Assembly (NCBI GenBank): GCA_964016885.1
Contig: OZ024744.1
Location: 9,548,001 to 9,612,000 of the forward strand
Direction: 5' to 3'
Length of the DNA stretch: 64,000 bases
Source: Eledone cirrhosa
Lineage: Eukaryota
Shown here: one piece after another, positions 1 to 18,000 of the stretch
How positions within the stretch are numbered: position 1 is the stretch's first letter
How the letters are laid out: every line of letters begins with the position of its first letter
The notes under the pieces: model-generated
Database searches by the model: none
What the model was told of the DNA's origin: nothing
The model's input: the letters and a program-made list of their open reading frames with translations, nothing else
Translations under genes and position numbers: made by a program

Positions 1-3000
1 CCACCACCCTTCCTCCTACACTACACCACACCACCACCCTTCCTCCTACACTACACCACACCACCACCCTTCCTCCTACACTACACCACACCACCACCCT
101 TCCTCCTATACTACACCACACCACCACCCTTCCTCCTACACCACACCACACCACCACCCTTCCTCCTACACTACACCACACCACCACCCTTCCTCCTACA
201 CTACACCACACCACCACCCTTCCTCCTACACTACACCACACCACCACCCTTCCTCCTACACTACACCACACCACCACCCTTCCTCCTACACTACACCACC
301 ACCCTTCCTCCTACACTACACCACCACCCTTCCTCCTACACTACACCACACCACCACCCTTCCTCCTACACTACACCACACCACCACCCTTCCTCCTACA
401 CTACACCACACCACCACCCTTCCTCCTATACTACACCACACCACCACCCTTCCTCCTACACCACACCACCACCCTTCCTCCTACACTACACCACACCACC
501 ACCCTTCCTCCTATACTACACCACACCACCAACCACGCTCCTGCACTACACCACACCACCACCCTTCCTCCTACACCACACCACACCACCACCCTTCCTC
601 CTACACTACACCACACCACCACCCTTCCTCCTACACCACACCACCACCCTTCCTCCTACACTACACCACACCACCACCCTTCCTCCTACACTACACCACA
701 CCACCACCCTTCCTCCTACACCACACCACCACCCTTCCTCCTACACTACACCACACCACCACCCTTCCTCCTACACTACACCACACCACCACCCTTCCTC
801 CTACACTACACCACACCACCACCCTTCCTCCTATACTACACCACACCACCACCCTTCCTCCTACACCACACCACACCACCACCCTTCCTCCTACACTACA
901 CCACACCACCACCCTTCCTCCTACACCACACCACCACCCTTCCTCCTACACTACACCACACCACCACCCTTCCTCCTACACTACACCACACCACCACCCT
1001 TCCTCCTACACTACACCACCACCCTTCCTCCTACACTACACCACACCACCACCCTTCCTCCTACACTACACCACACCACCACCCTTCCTCCTACACTACA
1101 CCACACCACCACCCTTCCTCCTACACTACACCACACCACCACCCTTCCTCCTACACTACACCACACCACCAACCACCCTCCTGCACTACACCACACCACC
1201 ACCCTTCCTCCTACACTACACCACACCACCACCCTTCCTCCTACACTACACCACCACCCTTCCTCCTACACTACACCACACCACCACCCTTCCTCCTACA
1301 CTACACCACACCACCACCCTTCCTCCTACACTACACCACACCACCACCCTTCCTCCTACACCACACCACACCACCACCCTTCCTCCTACACTACACCACA
1401 CCACCACCCTTCCTCCTACACCACACCACCACCCTTCCACCTACACTACACCACACCACCACCCTTCCTCCTACACCACACCACACCACCACCCTTCCTC
1501 CTACACCACACCACCACCCTTCCACCTACACTACACCACACCACCACCCTTCCTCCTACACCACACCACCACCCTTCCACCTACACTACACCACACCACC
1601 ACCCTTCCTCCTACACTACACCACACCACCACCCTTCCTCCTACACTACACCACACCACCACCCTTCCTCCTACACCACACCACCACCCTTCCACCTACA
1701 CTACACCACACCACCACCCTTCCTCCTACACCACACCACACCACCACCATCCTCCTACACTACACCACACCACCACCCTTCCTCCTACACTACACCACAC
1801 CACCAACCACGCTCCTGCACTACACCACACCACCACCCTTCCTCCTACACTACACCACACCACCAACCACCCTCCTGCACTACACCACACCACCACCCTT
1901 CCTCCTACACTACACCACACCACCACCCTTCCTCCTACACTACACCACACCACCACCCTTCCTCCTACACTACACCACACCACCACCCTTCCTCCTACAC
2001 TACACCACACCACCAGGCTTCCTCCTACACTACACCACACCACCACCCTTCCTCCTACACTACACCACACCACCACCCTTCCTCCTACACCACACCACAC
2101 CACCACCCTTCCTCCTACACTACACCACACCACCAGGCTTCCTCCTACACTACACCACACCACCACCCTTCCTCCTACACTACACCACACCACCACCCTT
2201 CCTCCTACACTACACCACACCACCACCCTTCCTCCTACACTACACCACACCACCACCAGGCTTCCTCCTACACTACACCACACCACCACCATCCTCCTAC
2301 ACTACACCACACCACCACCCTTCCTCCTATACTACACCACACCACCACCCTTCCTCCTACACCACACCACACCACCACCCTTCCTCCTACACTACACCAC
2401 ACCACCACCCTTCCTCCTACACCACACCACCACCCTTCCTCCTACACTACACCACACCACCACCCTTCCTCCTACACTACACCACACCACCACCCTTCCT
2501 CCTACACTACACCACACCACCACCCTTCCTCCTATACTACACCACACCACCACCCTTCCTCCTACACCACACCACACCACCACCCTTCCTCCTACACTAC
2601 ACCACACCACCACCCTTCCTCCTACACCACACCACCACCCTTCCTCCTACACTACACCACACCACCACCCTTCCTCCTACACTACACCACACCACCACCC
2701 TTCCTCCTACACCACACCACCACCCTTCCTCCTACACTACACCACACCACCACCCTTCCTCCTACACTACACCACACCACCACCCTTCCTCCTACACTAC
2801 ACCACACCACCACCCTTCCTCCTATACTACACCACACCACCACCCTTCCTCCTACACCACACCACACCACCACCCTTCCTCCTACACTACACCACACCAC
2901 CACCCTTCCTCCTACACCACACCACCACCCTTCCTCCTACACTACACCACACCACCACCCTTCCTCCTACACTACACCACACCACCACCCTTCCTCCTAC

Positions 3001-6000
3001 ACTACACCACCACCCTTCCTCCTACACTACACCACACCACCACCCTTCCTCCTACACTACACCACACCACCACCCTTCCTCCTACACTACACCACACCAC
3101 CACCCTTCCTCCTACACTACACCACACCACCACCCTTCCTCCTATACTACACCACACCACCACCCTTCCTCCTACACCACACCACCACCCTTCCTCCTAC
3201 ACTACACCACACCACCACCCTTCCTCCTATACTACACCACACCACCACCCTTCCTCCTACACTACACCACACCACCACCCTTCCTCCTACACTACACCAC
3301 ACTACCACCCTTCCTCCTGCACTACACCACTACCCTTCCTCCTACACTACACCACACCACCACTTTCCTCCTACACTACACCACACCACCACCCTTCCTC
3401 CTATACTACACCACACCACCACCCTTCCTCCTACACCACACCACCACCCTTCCTCCTACACTACACCACACCACCACCCTTCCTCCTACACTACACCACC
3501 ACCCTTCCTCCTACACTACACCACACCACCACCCTTCCTCCTACACTACACCACACCACCACCCTTCCTCCTACACCACACCACACCACCACCCTTCCTC
3601 CTATACTACACCACACCACCACCCTTCCTCCTACACCACACCACACCACCACCCTTCCTCCTACACTACACCACACCACCACCCTTCCTCCTACACTACA
3701 CCACACCACCACCCTTCCTCCTATACTACACCACACCACCACCCTTCCTCCTACACCACACCACCACCCTTCCTCCTACACTACACCACACCACCACCCT
3801 TCCTCCTACACTACACCACACCACCACCCTTCCTCCTACACTACACCACACCACCACCCTTCCTCCTACACTACACCACACCACCACCCTCCTACACTAC
3901 ACCACACCACCACCCTTCCTCCTACACCACACCACACCACCACCCTTCCTCCTACACCACACCACACCACCACCCTTCCTCCTACACTACACCACACCAC
4001 CACCCTTCCTCCTACACTACACCACACCACCACCCTTCCTCCTATACTACACCACACCACCACCCTTCCTCCTACACCACACCACCACCCTTCCTCCTAC
4101 ACTACACCACACCACCACCCTTCCTCCTACACTACACCACACCACCACCCTTCCTCCTACACTACACCACACCACCACCCTTCCTCCTACACTACACCAC
4201 ACCACCACCCTCCTACACTACACCACACCACCACCCTTCCTCCTACACTACACCACACCACCACCCTTCCTCCTACACCACACCACACCACCACCCTTCC
4301 TCCTACACTACACCACACCACCACCCTTCCTCCTACACTACACCACACCACCACCCTTCCTCCTATACTACACCACACCACCACCCTTCCTCCTACACCA
4401 CACCACCACCCTTCCTCCTACACTACACCACACCACCACCCTTCCTCCTACACTACACCACACCACCACCCTTCCTCCTATACTACACCACACCACCACC
4501 CTTCCTCCTATACTACACCACACCACCACCCTTCCTCCTACACTACACCACACCACCACCCTCCTACACTACACCACACCACCACCCTTCCTCCTACACC
4601 ACACCACCACCCTTCCTCCTATACTACACCACACCACCACCCTTCCTCCTACACCACACCACACCACCACCCTTCCTCCTACACTACACCACACCACCAC
4701 CCTCCTACACTACACCACACCACCACCCTTCCTCCTACACCACACCACCACCCTTCCTCCTACACTACACCACACCACCACCCTTCCTCCTACACTACAC
4801 CACACCACCACCCTCCTACACTACACCACACCACCACCCTTCCTCCTACACCACACCACCACCCTTCCTCCTGCACTACACCACACCACCACCCTTCCTC
4901 CTACACTACACCACACCACCACCCTTCCTCCTACACTACACCACACCACCACCCTTCCTCCTACACTACACCACACCACCACCCTTCCACCTACACTACA
5001 CCACACCACCACCCTTCCTCCTACACTACACCACACCACCACCCTTCCTCCTGCACTACACCACACCACCACCCTTCCTCCTACACTACACCACACCACC
5101 ACCCTTCCTCCTACACCACACCACCACCCTTCCTCCTACACTACACCACACCACCACCCTTCCTCCTACACTACACCACACCACCACCCTTCCTCCTGCA
5201 CTACACCACACCACCACCCTTCCTCCTACACTACACCACACCACCACCCTTCCTCCTACACCACACCACCACCCTTCCTCCTACACTACACCACACCACC
5301 ACCCTTCCTCCTGCACTACACCACACCACCACCCTTCCTCCTACACTACACCACCACCCTTCCTCCTGCACTACACCACACCACCACCCTTCCTCCTACA
5401 CTACACCACACCACCACCCTTCCTCCTACACTACACCACACCACCACCCTTCCTCCTATACTACACCACACCACCACCCTTCCTCCTGCACTACACCACA
5501 CCACCACCCTCCTGCACTACACCACACCACCACCCTTCCTCCTACACTACACCACCACCCTTCCTCCTGCACTACACCACACCACCACCTTCCTCCTACA
5601 CTACACCACACCACCACCCTTCCTCCTACACTACACCACACCACCACCTTCCTCCTACACTACACCACACCACCACCTTCCTCCTACACTACACCACACC
5701 ACCACCCTTCCTCCTACACTACACCACACCACCACCCTTCCTCCTACACTACACCACACCACCACCCTTCCTCCTATACTACACCACACCACTACCCTTC
5801 CTCCTACACTACACCACACCACCACCTTCCTCCTACACTACACCACACCACCACCCTTCCTCCTACACTACACCACACCACCACCCTTCCTCCTATACTA
5901 CACCACACCACTACCCTTCCTCCTACACTACACCACACCACCACCCTTCCTCCTACACTACACCACCACCCTCCTGCACTACACCACACCACTACCACCC

Positions 6001-9000
6001 TCCTGCACTACACCACACCACCACTCTTCCTCCTACACTACACCACACCACCACCCTTCCTCCTACACTACACCACACCACCACCCTTCCTCCTATACTA
6101 CACCACACCACTACCCTTCCTCCTACACTACACCACACCACCACCCTTCCTCCTACACTACACCACACCACCACCCTTCCTCCTACACCACATCACACCA
6201 CCACCCTTCCTCCTACACTACACCACACCACCACCCTTCCTCCTACACTACACCACACCACCACCTTCCTCCTACACCACACCACCACCCTTCCTCCTGC
6301 ACTACACCACACCACCACCCTTCCTCCTACACCACACCACCACCCTTCCTCCTACACCACACCACACCACCACCCTTCCTCCTATACTACACCACACCAC
6401 TACCCTTCCTCCTACACTACACCACACCACCACCCTTCCTCCTACACCACACCACACCACTACCCTTCCTCCTACACTACACCACACCACTACCCTTCCT
6501 CCTACACTACACCACACCACCACCCTTCCTCCTACACTACACCACACCACCACCCTTCCTCCTACACCACACCACCAGGCTTCCTCCTACACTACACCAC
6601 ACCACCACCCTTCCTCCTACACCACACCACACCACCACCACCCTCCTACACTACACCACACCACTACCCTTCCTCCTACACTACACCACACCACCACCCT
6701 TCCTCCTACACTACACCACACCACCACCCTTCCACCTACACTACACCACACCACCACCACCCTCCTGCACTACACCACACCACCACCCTTCCTCCTACAC
6801 TACACCACACCACCACCCTTCCTCCTACACTACACCACACCACCACCCTCCTACACTACACCACACCACCACACTTCCTCCTACACTACACCACACCACC
6901 ACCCTTCCTCCTACACTACACCACACCACCACCCTTCCTCCTACACTACACCACACCACCACCCTTCCTCCTACACCACACCACACCACCACCCTTCCTC
7001 CTACACTACACCACACCACCACCCTTCCTCCTACACTACACCACACCACCACCCTTCCTCCTACACTACACCACACCACCACCCTTCCTCCTACACTACA
7101 CCACACCACCACCCTTCCTCCTACACTACACCACACCACCACCCTTCCTCCTACACTACACCACACCACCACCCTTCCTCCTACACTACACCACACCACC
7201 ACCACCCTCCTGCACTACACCACACCACCACCCTTCCTCCTACACTACACCACACCACCACCCTTCCTCCTACACTACACCACACCACCACCCTCCTACA
7301 CTACACCACACCACCACCCTTCCTCCTACACTACACCACACCACCACCCTCCTACACTACACCACACCACCACCCTTCCTCCTACACTACACCACACCAC
7401 CACCCTTCCTCCTACACTACACCACACCACCACCCTTCCACCTACACTACACCACACCACCACCCTTCCTCCTACACTACACCACACCACCACCCTTCCT
7501 CCTACACTACACCACACCACCACCCTTCCTCCTGCACTACACCACACCACCACCCTTCCTCCTACACTACACCACACCACCACCCTTCCTCCTACACTAC
7601 ACCACACCACCACCCTTCCTCCTGCACTACACCACACCACCACCCTTCCTCCTACACTACACCACACCACCACCCTTCCTCCTACACTACACCACACCAC
7701 CACCCTTCCTCCTGCACTACACCACACCACCACCCTTCCTCCTACACTACACCACACCACCACCCTCCTACACTACACCACACCACCACCCTTCCTCCTA
7801 CACTACACCACACCACCACCCTTCCTCCTACACTACACCACACCACCACCCTTCCACCTACACTACACCACACCACCACCCTTCCTCCTACACTACACCA
7901 CACCACCACCCTTCCTCCTACACTACACCACACCACCACCCTCCTACACTAAACCACACCACCACCCTTCCTCCTACACTACACCACACCACCACCCTCC
8001 TACACTACACCACACCACCACCCTTCCTCCTACACTACACCACACCACCCTTCCTCCTACACTACACCACACCACCACCCTCCTACACTACACCACACCA
8101 CCACCCTTCCTCCTACACTACACCACACCACCACCTTCCTACTACACTACACCACACCACCACCCTTCCTCCTACACTACACCACACCACCACCCTTCCT
8201 CCTACACTACACCACACCACCACCCTTCCTCCTACACTACACCACACCACCACCACCCTCCTGCACTACACCACACCACCACCCTTCCTCCTACACTACA
8301 CCACACCACCACCTTCCTCCTACACTACACCACACCACCACCCTTCCTCCTACACTACACCACCCACCACACCACCACCCTTCCTCCTACACTACACCAC
8401 ACCACCACCCTTCCTCCTACACTACACCACACCACCACCCTCCTACACTACACCACACCACCACCCTTCCTCCTACACTACACCACACCACTACCACCCT
8501 CCTACACTACACCACCACCCTTCCTCCTACACTACACCACACCACTACCACCCTCCTACACCACACCACCACCCTTCCTCCTACACTACACCACACCACT
8601 ACCACCCTCCTACACTACACCACACCACCACCTTCCTCCTACACTACACCACACCACCACCCTTCCTCCTACACTACACCACACCACCACCCTTCCTCCT
8701 ACACTACACCACACCACCACCCTTCCTCCTACACTACACCACACCACCACCCTCCTACACTACACCACACCACCACCCTTCCTCCTACACTACACCACAC
8801 CACTACCACCCTCCTACACTACACCACACCACCACCCTTCCTCCTACACTACACCACACCACCACCCTTCCTCCTACACTACACCACACCACTACCACCC
8901 TCCTACACTACACCACACCACCACCATCCTCCTACACTACACCACACCACCACCCTTCCTCCTACACTACACCACACCACCACCCTTCCTCCTACACTAC

Positions 9001-12000
9001 ACCACACCACCACCCTTCCTCCTACACTACACCACACCACCACCCTCATACACTACACCACACCACCACACCACCACCCTTCCTCCTACACTACACCACA
9101 CCACCACCCTTCCTCCTACACCACACCACACCACCACTCTTCCTCCTACACTACACCACACCACCACCTTCCTCCTACACTACACCACACCACCACCCTT
9201 CCTCCTACACCACACCACACCACCACTCTTCCTCCTACACTACACCACACCACCACCCTTCCTCCTACACCACACCACCACCCTTCCTCCTACACTACAC
9301 CACACCACCACCCTTCCTCCTACACCACACCACACCACCACCCTTCCTCCTACACTACACCACACCACCACCCTTCCTCCTACACTACACCACACCACCA
9401 CCCTTCCTCCTACACTACACCACACCACCACCCTTCCTCCTACACTACACCACACCACCACCCTTCCTCCTATACTACACCACACCACCACCCTTCCTCC
9501 TACACTACACCACACCACCACCCTTCCTCCTACACTACACCACACCACCACCCTTCCTCCTACACCACACCACACCACCACTCTTCCTCCTACACTACAC
9601 CACACCACCACCCTTCCTCCTACACTACACCACACCACCACCCTTCCTCCTACACCACACCACACCACCACCCTTCCTCCTACACTACACCACACCACCA
9701 CCCTTCCTCCTACACCACACCACACCACCACCCTTCCTCCTACACTACACCACACCACCACCCTTCCTCCTACACTACACCACACCACCACCCTTCCTCC
9801 TACACCACACCACACCACCACTCTTCCTCCTACACTACACCACACCACCACCCTTCCTCCTACACTACACCACACCACCACCCTTCCTCCTATACTACAC
9901 CACACCACCACCCTTCCTCCTACACTACACCACACCACCACCCTTCCTCCTATACTACACCACACCACCACCCTTCCTCCTACACTACACCACACCACCA
10001 CCCTTCCTCCTACACTACACCACACCACCACCCTTCCTCCTACACCACACCACACCACCACCCTTCCTCCTACACTACACCACACCACCACCCTTCCTCC
10101 TACACCACACCACACCACCACTCTTCCTCCTACACTACACCACACAACCACCTTCTTCCTACACTACACCACACCACCACCCTTCCACCTACACTACACC
10201 ACACCACCACCCTTCCTCCTACACTACACCACACCACCACCCTTCCAACTACACCACACCACCACCCTTCCTCCTACACTACACCACACCACCACCCTTC
10301 CTCCTACACTACACCACACCACCAGGCTTCCTCCTGCACTACACCACACCACCTTTCCTCCTACACTACACCACACCACCACGCTTCCTCCTACACTACA
10401 CCACACCACCACCCTTCCTCCTACACTACACCACACCACCACCTTCCTCCTACACTACACCACACCACCAGGCTTCCTCCTGCACTACACCACACCACCA
10501 CCCTTCCTCCTACACTACACCACACCACCACCTTCCTCCTACACCACACCACACCACCAGGCTTCCTCCTACACTACACCACACCACCTTTCCTCCTACA
10601 CTACACCACACCACCTTTCCTCCTACACTACACCACACCACCACCCTTCCTCCTACACTACACCACACCACCACCCTTCCTCCTACACCACACCACACCA
10701 CCACCTTCCTCCTATACTACACCACACCACCACCCTTCCTCCTACACTACACCACACCACCACCCTTCCTCCTACACTACACCACACCACCACCTTCCTC
10801 CTACACCACACCACACCACCAGGCTACCTCCTACACTACACCACACCACCTTTCCTCCTACACTACACCACACCACCTTTCCTCCTACACTACACCACAC
10901 CACCTTTCCTCCTACACTACACCACACCACCACCCTTCCTCCTACACTACACCACACCACCACCCTTCCTCCTACACCACACCACACCACCACCTTCCTC
11001 CTATACTACACCACACCACCACCCTTCCTCCTACACTACACCACACCACCACCCTTCCTCCTACACTACACCACACCACCACCTTCCTCCTACACCACAC
11101 CACACCACCAGGCTTCCTCCTACACTACACCACACCACCTTTCCTCCTACACTACACCACACCACCTTTCCTCCTACACTACACCACACCACCACCCTTC
11201 CTCCTACACTACACCACACCACCACCCTTCCTCCTACACCACACCACACCACCACCTTCCTCCTATACTACACCACACCACCACCCTTCCTCCTACACTA
11301 CACCACACCACCACCCTTCCTCCTACACTACACCACACCACCACCTTCCTCCTACACCACACCACACCACCAGGCTTCCTCCTACACTACACCACACCAC
11401 CTTTCCTCCTACACTACACCACACCACCTTTCCTCCTACACTACACCACACCACCACCCTTCCTCCTACACTACACCACACCACCACCCTTCCTCCTACA
11501 CTACACCACACCACCTTTCCTCCTACACTACACCACCACCCTTCCTCCTACACTACACCACACCACCACCCTTCCTCCTACACTACACCACACCACCACC
11601 TTCCTCCTACACTACACCACACCACCAGGCTTCCTCCTGCACTACACCACACCACCACCTTCCTCCTACACTACACCACACCACTACCCTCCTACACTAC
11701 ACCACACCACCACCCTTCCTCCTACACCACACCACACCACCAGGCTTCCTCCTACACCACACCACACCACCACCTTCCTCCTACACTACACCACACCACC
11801 ACCTTCCTCCTACACCACACCACACCACCAGGCTTCCTCCTGCACTACACCACACCACCACCTTCCTCCTACACTACACCACACCACCACCCTTCCTCCT
11901 ACACTACACCACACCACCACCCTTCCTCCTACACCACACCACACCACCACCCTTCCTCCTACACTACACCACCACCCTTCCTCCTACACTACACCACACC

Positions 12001-15000
12001 ACCACCCTTCCTCCTACACTACACCACACTACCACCCTTCCTCCTACACTACACCACACCACCACCCTTCCTCCTACACCACACCACACCACCACCCTTC
12101 CTCCTACACTACACCACCACCCTTCCTCCTACACTACACCACACCACCACCCTTCCACCTACACTACACCACACCACCACCCTTCCTCCTACACTACACC
12201 ACACCACCACCCTTCCAACTACACCACACCACCACCACCCTCCTACACTACACCACACCACCACCCTTCCTCCTACACCACACCACCACCCTTCCTCCTG
12301 CACTACACCACACCACCACCCTTCCACCTACACTACACCACACCACCACCCTTCCTCCTACACTACACCACACCACCACCACCCTCCTACACTACACCAC
12401 ACCACCACCACCCTCCTACACTACACCACACCACCACCCTTCCTCCTACACTACACCACACCACCACCCTTCCACCTACACTACACCACACCACCACCCT
12501 TCCTCCTACACTACACCACACCACCACCCTTCTAACTACACCACACCACCACCACCCTCCTACACTACACCACACCACCACCACCCTCCTACACTACACC
12601 ACACCACCACCCTTCCTCCTGCACTACACCACACCACCACCCTTCCTCCTACACTACACCACACCACCACCCTTCCACCTACACTACACCACACCACCAC
12701 CCTTCCACCTACACTACACCACACCACCACCCTTCCTCCTACACCACACCACACCACCACCCTTCCACCTACACTACACCACACCACCACCCTTCCTCCT
12801 ACACCACACCACACCACCACCCTTCCTCCTACACTACACCACACCACCATCCTCCTACACTACACCACACCACCAACCACGCTCCTGCACTACACCACAC
12901 CACCACCCTTCCTCCTACACTACACCACACCACCACCCTTCCTCCTACACTACACCACACCACCACCCTTCCTCCTACACTACACCACACCACCAACCAC
13001 CCTCCTGCACTACACCACACCACCACCCTTCCTCCTACACTACACCACACCACCACCCTTCCTCCTACACTACACCACACCACCACCCTTCCTCCTACAC
13101 TACACCACACCACCACCCTTCCTCCTACACTACACCACACCACCACCCTTCCTCCTACACCACACCACACCACCACCCTTCCTCCTACACTACACCACAC
13201 CACCACCCTTCCTCCTACACCACACCACCACCCTTCCACCTACACTACACCACACCACCACCCTTCCTCCTACACCACACCACACCACCACCCTTCCTCC
13301 TACACCACACCACCACCCTTCCACCTACACTACACCACACCACCACCCTTCCTCCTACACCACACCACCACCCTTCCACCTACACTACACCACACCACCA
13401 CCCTTCCTCCTACACTACACCACACCACCACCCTTCCTCCTACACTACACCACACCACCACCCTTCCTCCTACACCACACCACCACCCTTCCACCTACAC
13501 TACACCACACCACCACCCTTCCTCCTACACCACACCACACCACCACCATCCTCCTACACTACACCACACCACCAACCACGCTCCTGCACTACACCACACC
13601 ACCACCACCAACCACCCTCCTGCACTACACCACACCACCACCCTTCCTCCTACACTACACCACACCACCACCCTTCCTCCTACACTACACCACACCACCA
13701 CCCTTCCTCCTACACTACACCACACCACCACCCTTCCTCCTACACTACACCACACCACCAGGCTTCCTCCTACACTACACCACACCACCCTTCCTCCTAC
13801 ACTACACCACACCACCACCCTTCCTCCTACACCACACCACCACCCTTCCTCCTACACTACACCACACCACCAGGCTTCCTCCTACACTACACCACACCAC
13901 CACCCTTCCTCCTACACTACACCACACCACCACCCTTCCTCCTACACTACACCACACCACCACCCTTCCTCCTACACTACACCACACCACCACCAGGCTT
14001 CCTCCTACACTACACCACACCACCACCATCCTCCTACACTACACCACACCACCACCCTTCCTCCTACACTACACCACACCACCAGGCTTCCTCCTACACT
14101 ACACCACACCACCACCCTTCCTCCTACACTACACCACACCACCACCCTTCCTCCTACACTACACCACACCACCACCCTTCCTCCTATACTACACCACACC
14201 ACCACCCTTCCTCCTACACCACACCACACCACCACCCTTCCTCCTACACTACACCACACCACCACCCTTCCTCCTACACCACACCACCACCCTTCCTCCT
14301 ACACTACACCACACCACCACCCTTCCTCCTACACTACACCACACCACCACCCTTCCTCCTACACCACACCACCACCCTTCCTCCTACACTACACCACACC
14401 ACCACCCTTCCTCCTACACTACACCACACCACCACCCTTCCTCCTACACTACACCACACCACCACCCTTCCTCCTATACTACACCACACCACCACCCTTC
14501 CTCCTACACCACACCACACCACCACCCTTCCTCCTACACTACACCACACCACCACCCTTCCTCCTACACCACACCACCACCCTTCCTCCTACACTACACC
14601 ACACCACCACCCTTCCTCCTACACTACACCACACCACCACCCTTCCTCCTACACTACACCACCACCCTTCCTCCTACACTACACCACACCACCACCCTTC
14701 CTCCTACACTACACCACACCACCACCCTTCCTCCTACACTACACCACACCACCACCCTTCCTCCTACACTACACCACACCACCACCCTTCCTCCTACACC
14801 ACACCACCACCCTTCCTCCTACACTACACCACACCACCACCTTCCTCCTACACTACACCACACCACCACCCTTCCTCCTACACTACACCACACCACCACC
14901 CTTCCTCCTACACTACACCACACCACCACCCTTCCTCCTATACTACACCACACCACCACCCTTCCTCCTACACCACACCACCACCCTTCCTCCTACACTA

Positions 15001-18000
15001 CACCACACCACCACCCTTCCTCCTATACTACACCACACCACCACCCTTCCTCCTACACTACACCACACCACCACCCTTCCTCCTACACTACACCACACTA
15101 CCACCCTTCCTCCTGCACTACACCACACCACCACCACCCTCCTGCACTACACCACACCACCACCCTTCCTCCTGCACTACACCACTACCCTTCCTCCTAC
15201 ACTACACCACACCACCACTTTCCTCCTACACTACACCACACCACCACCCTTCCTCCTATACTACACCACACCACCACCCTTCCTCCTACACCACACCACC
15301 ACCCTTCCTCCTACACTACACCACACCACCACCCTTCCTCCTACACTACACCACCACCCTTCCTCCTACACTACACCACACCACCACCCTTCCTCCTACA
15401 CTACACCACACCACCACCCTTCCTCCTATACTACACCACACCACCACCCTTCCTCCTACACCACACCACCACCCTTCCTCCTACACTACACCACACCACC
15501 ACCATCCTCCTACACTACACCACACCACCAGGCTTCCTCCTGCACTACACCACACCACCACTTTCCTCCTACACTACACCACACCACCACCCTTCCTCCT
15601 ATACTACACCACACCACCACCCTTCCTCCTACACTACACCACACCACCACCCTTCCTCCTACACTACACCACCACCCTTCCTCCTACACTACACCACACC
15701 ACCACCCTTCCTCCTACACTACACCACACCACCACCCTTCCTCCTATACTACACCACACCACCACCCTTCCTCCTACACCACACCACACCACCACCCTTC
15801 CTCCTACACTACACCACACCACCACCCTTCCTCCTACACTACACCACACCACCACCCTTCCTCCTATACTACACCACACCACCACCCTTCCTCCTACACT
15901 ACACCACACCACCACCCTTCCTCCTACACTACACCACACCACCACCCTTCCTCCTACACCACACCACCACCCTTCCTCCTACACTACACCACACCACCAC
16001 CCTTCCTCCTACACTACACCACCACCCTTCCTCCTACACTACACCACACCACCACCCTTCCTCCTACACTACACCACACCACCACCCTTCCTCCTACACT
16101 ACACCACACCACCACCCTTCCTCCTATACTACACCACACCACCACCCTTCCTCCTATACTACACCACACCACCACCCTTCCTCCTACACTACACCACACC
16201 ACCACCCTCCTACACTACACCACACCACCACCCTTCCTCCTACACCACACCACCACCCTTCCTCCTATACTACACCACACCACCACCCTTCCTCCTACAC
16301 CACACCACACCACCACCCTTCCTCCTGCACTACACCACACCACCACCCTTCCTCCTACACTACACCACACCACCACCCTTCCTCCTACACTACACCACAC
16401 CACCACCCTTCCTCCTACACTACACCACACCACCACCCTTCCACCTACACTACACCACACCACCACCCTTCCTCCTACACTACACCACACCACCACCCTT
16501 CCTCCTACACTACACCACACCACCACCCTTCCAACTACACCACACCACCACCACCCTCCTACACTACACCACACCACCACCACCCTCCTACACTACACCA
16601 CACCACCACCCTCCTACACTACACCACACCACCACCCTTCCTACACTACACCACACCACCACCCTTCCACCTACACTACACCACACCACCACCCTTCCAC
16701 CTACACTACACCACACCACCACCCTTCCTCCTACACCACACCACACCACCACCATCCTCCTACACTACACCACACCACCAACCACCCTCCTGCACTACAC
16801 CACACCACCACCCTTCCTCCTACACTACACCACACCACCACCCTTCCTCCTACACTACACCACACCACCAGGCTTCCTCCTACACTACACCACCACCCTT
16901 CCTCCTACACTACACCACACCACCACCCTTCCTCCTATACTACACCACACCACCACCCTTCCTCCTACACTACACCACCACCCTTCCTCCTACACTACAC
17001 CACACCACCACCCTTCCTCCTACACTACACCACACCACCACCTTCCTCCTACACTACACCACACCACCAGGCTTCCTCCTGCACTACACCACACCACCAC
17101 CTTCCTCCTACACTACACCACACCACTACCCTCCTACACTACACCACACCACCACCCTTCCTCCTACACCACACCACACCACCAGGCTTCCTCCTACACC
17201 ACACCACACCACCACCTTCCTCCTACACTACACCACACCACCACCTTCCTCCTACACCACACCACACCACCAGGCTTCCTCCTGCACTACACCACACCAC
17301 CACCTTCCTCCTACACTACACCACACTACCACCCTTCCTCCTACACTACACCACACCACCACCTTCTTCCTACACTACACCACACCACCACCCTTCCACC
17401 TACACTACACCACACCACCACCCTTCCTCCTACACTACACCACACCACCACCCTTCCTCCTACACCACACCACACCACCACCCTTCCTCCTACACTACAC
17501 CACACCACCACCCTTCCTCCTACACCACACCACACCACCACCCTTCCTCCTACACCACACCACCACCCTTCCTCCTACACTACACCACACCACCACCCTT
17601 CCACCTACACTACACCACACCACCACCCTTCCTCCTACACTACACCACACCACCACCCTTCCAACTACACCACACCACCACCACCCTCCTACACTACACC
17701 ACACCACCACCCTTCCTCCTACACCACACCACCACCCTTCCTCCTACACTACACCACACCACCACCCTTCCTCCTACACCACACCACACCACCACCCTTC
17801 CTCCTACACTACACCACACCACCACCACCCTCCTACACTACACCACACCACCACCCTCCTACACTACACCACACCACCACCCTTCCTCCTACACTACACC
17901 ACACCACCACCCTTCCACCTACACTACACCACACCACCACCCTTCCTCCTACACTACACCACACCACCACCCTTCCAACTACACCACACCACCACCACCC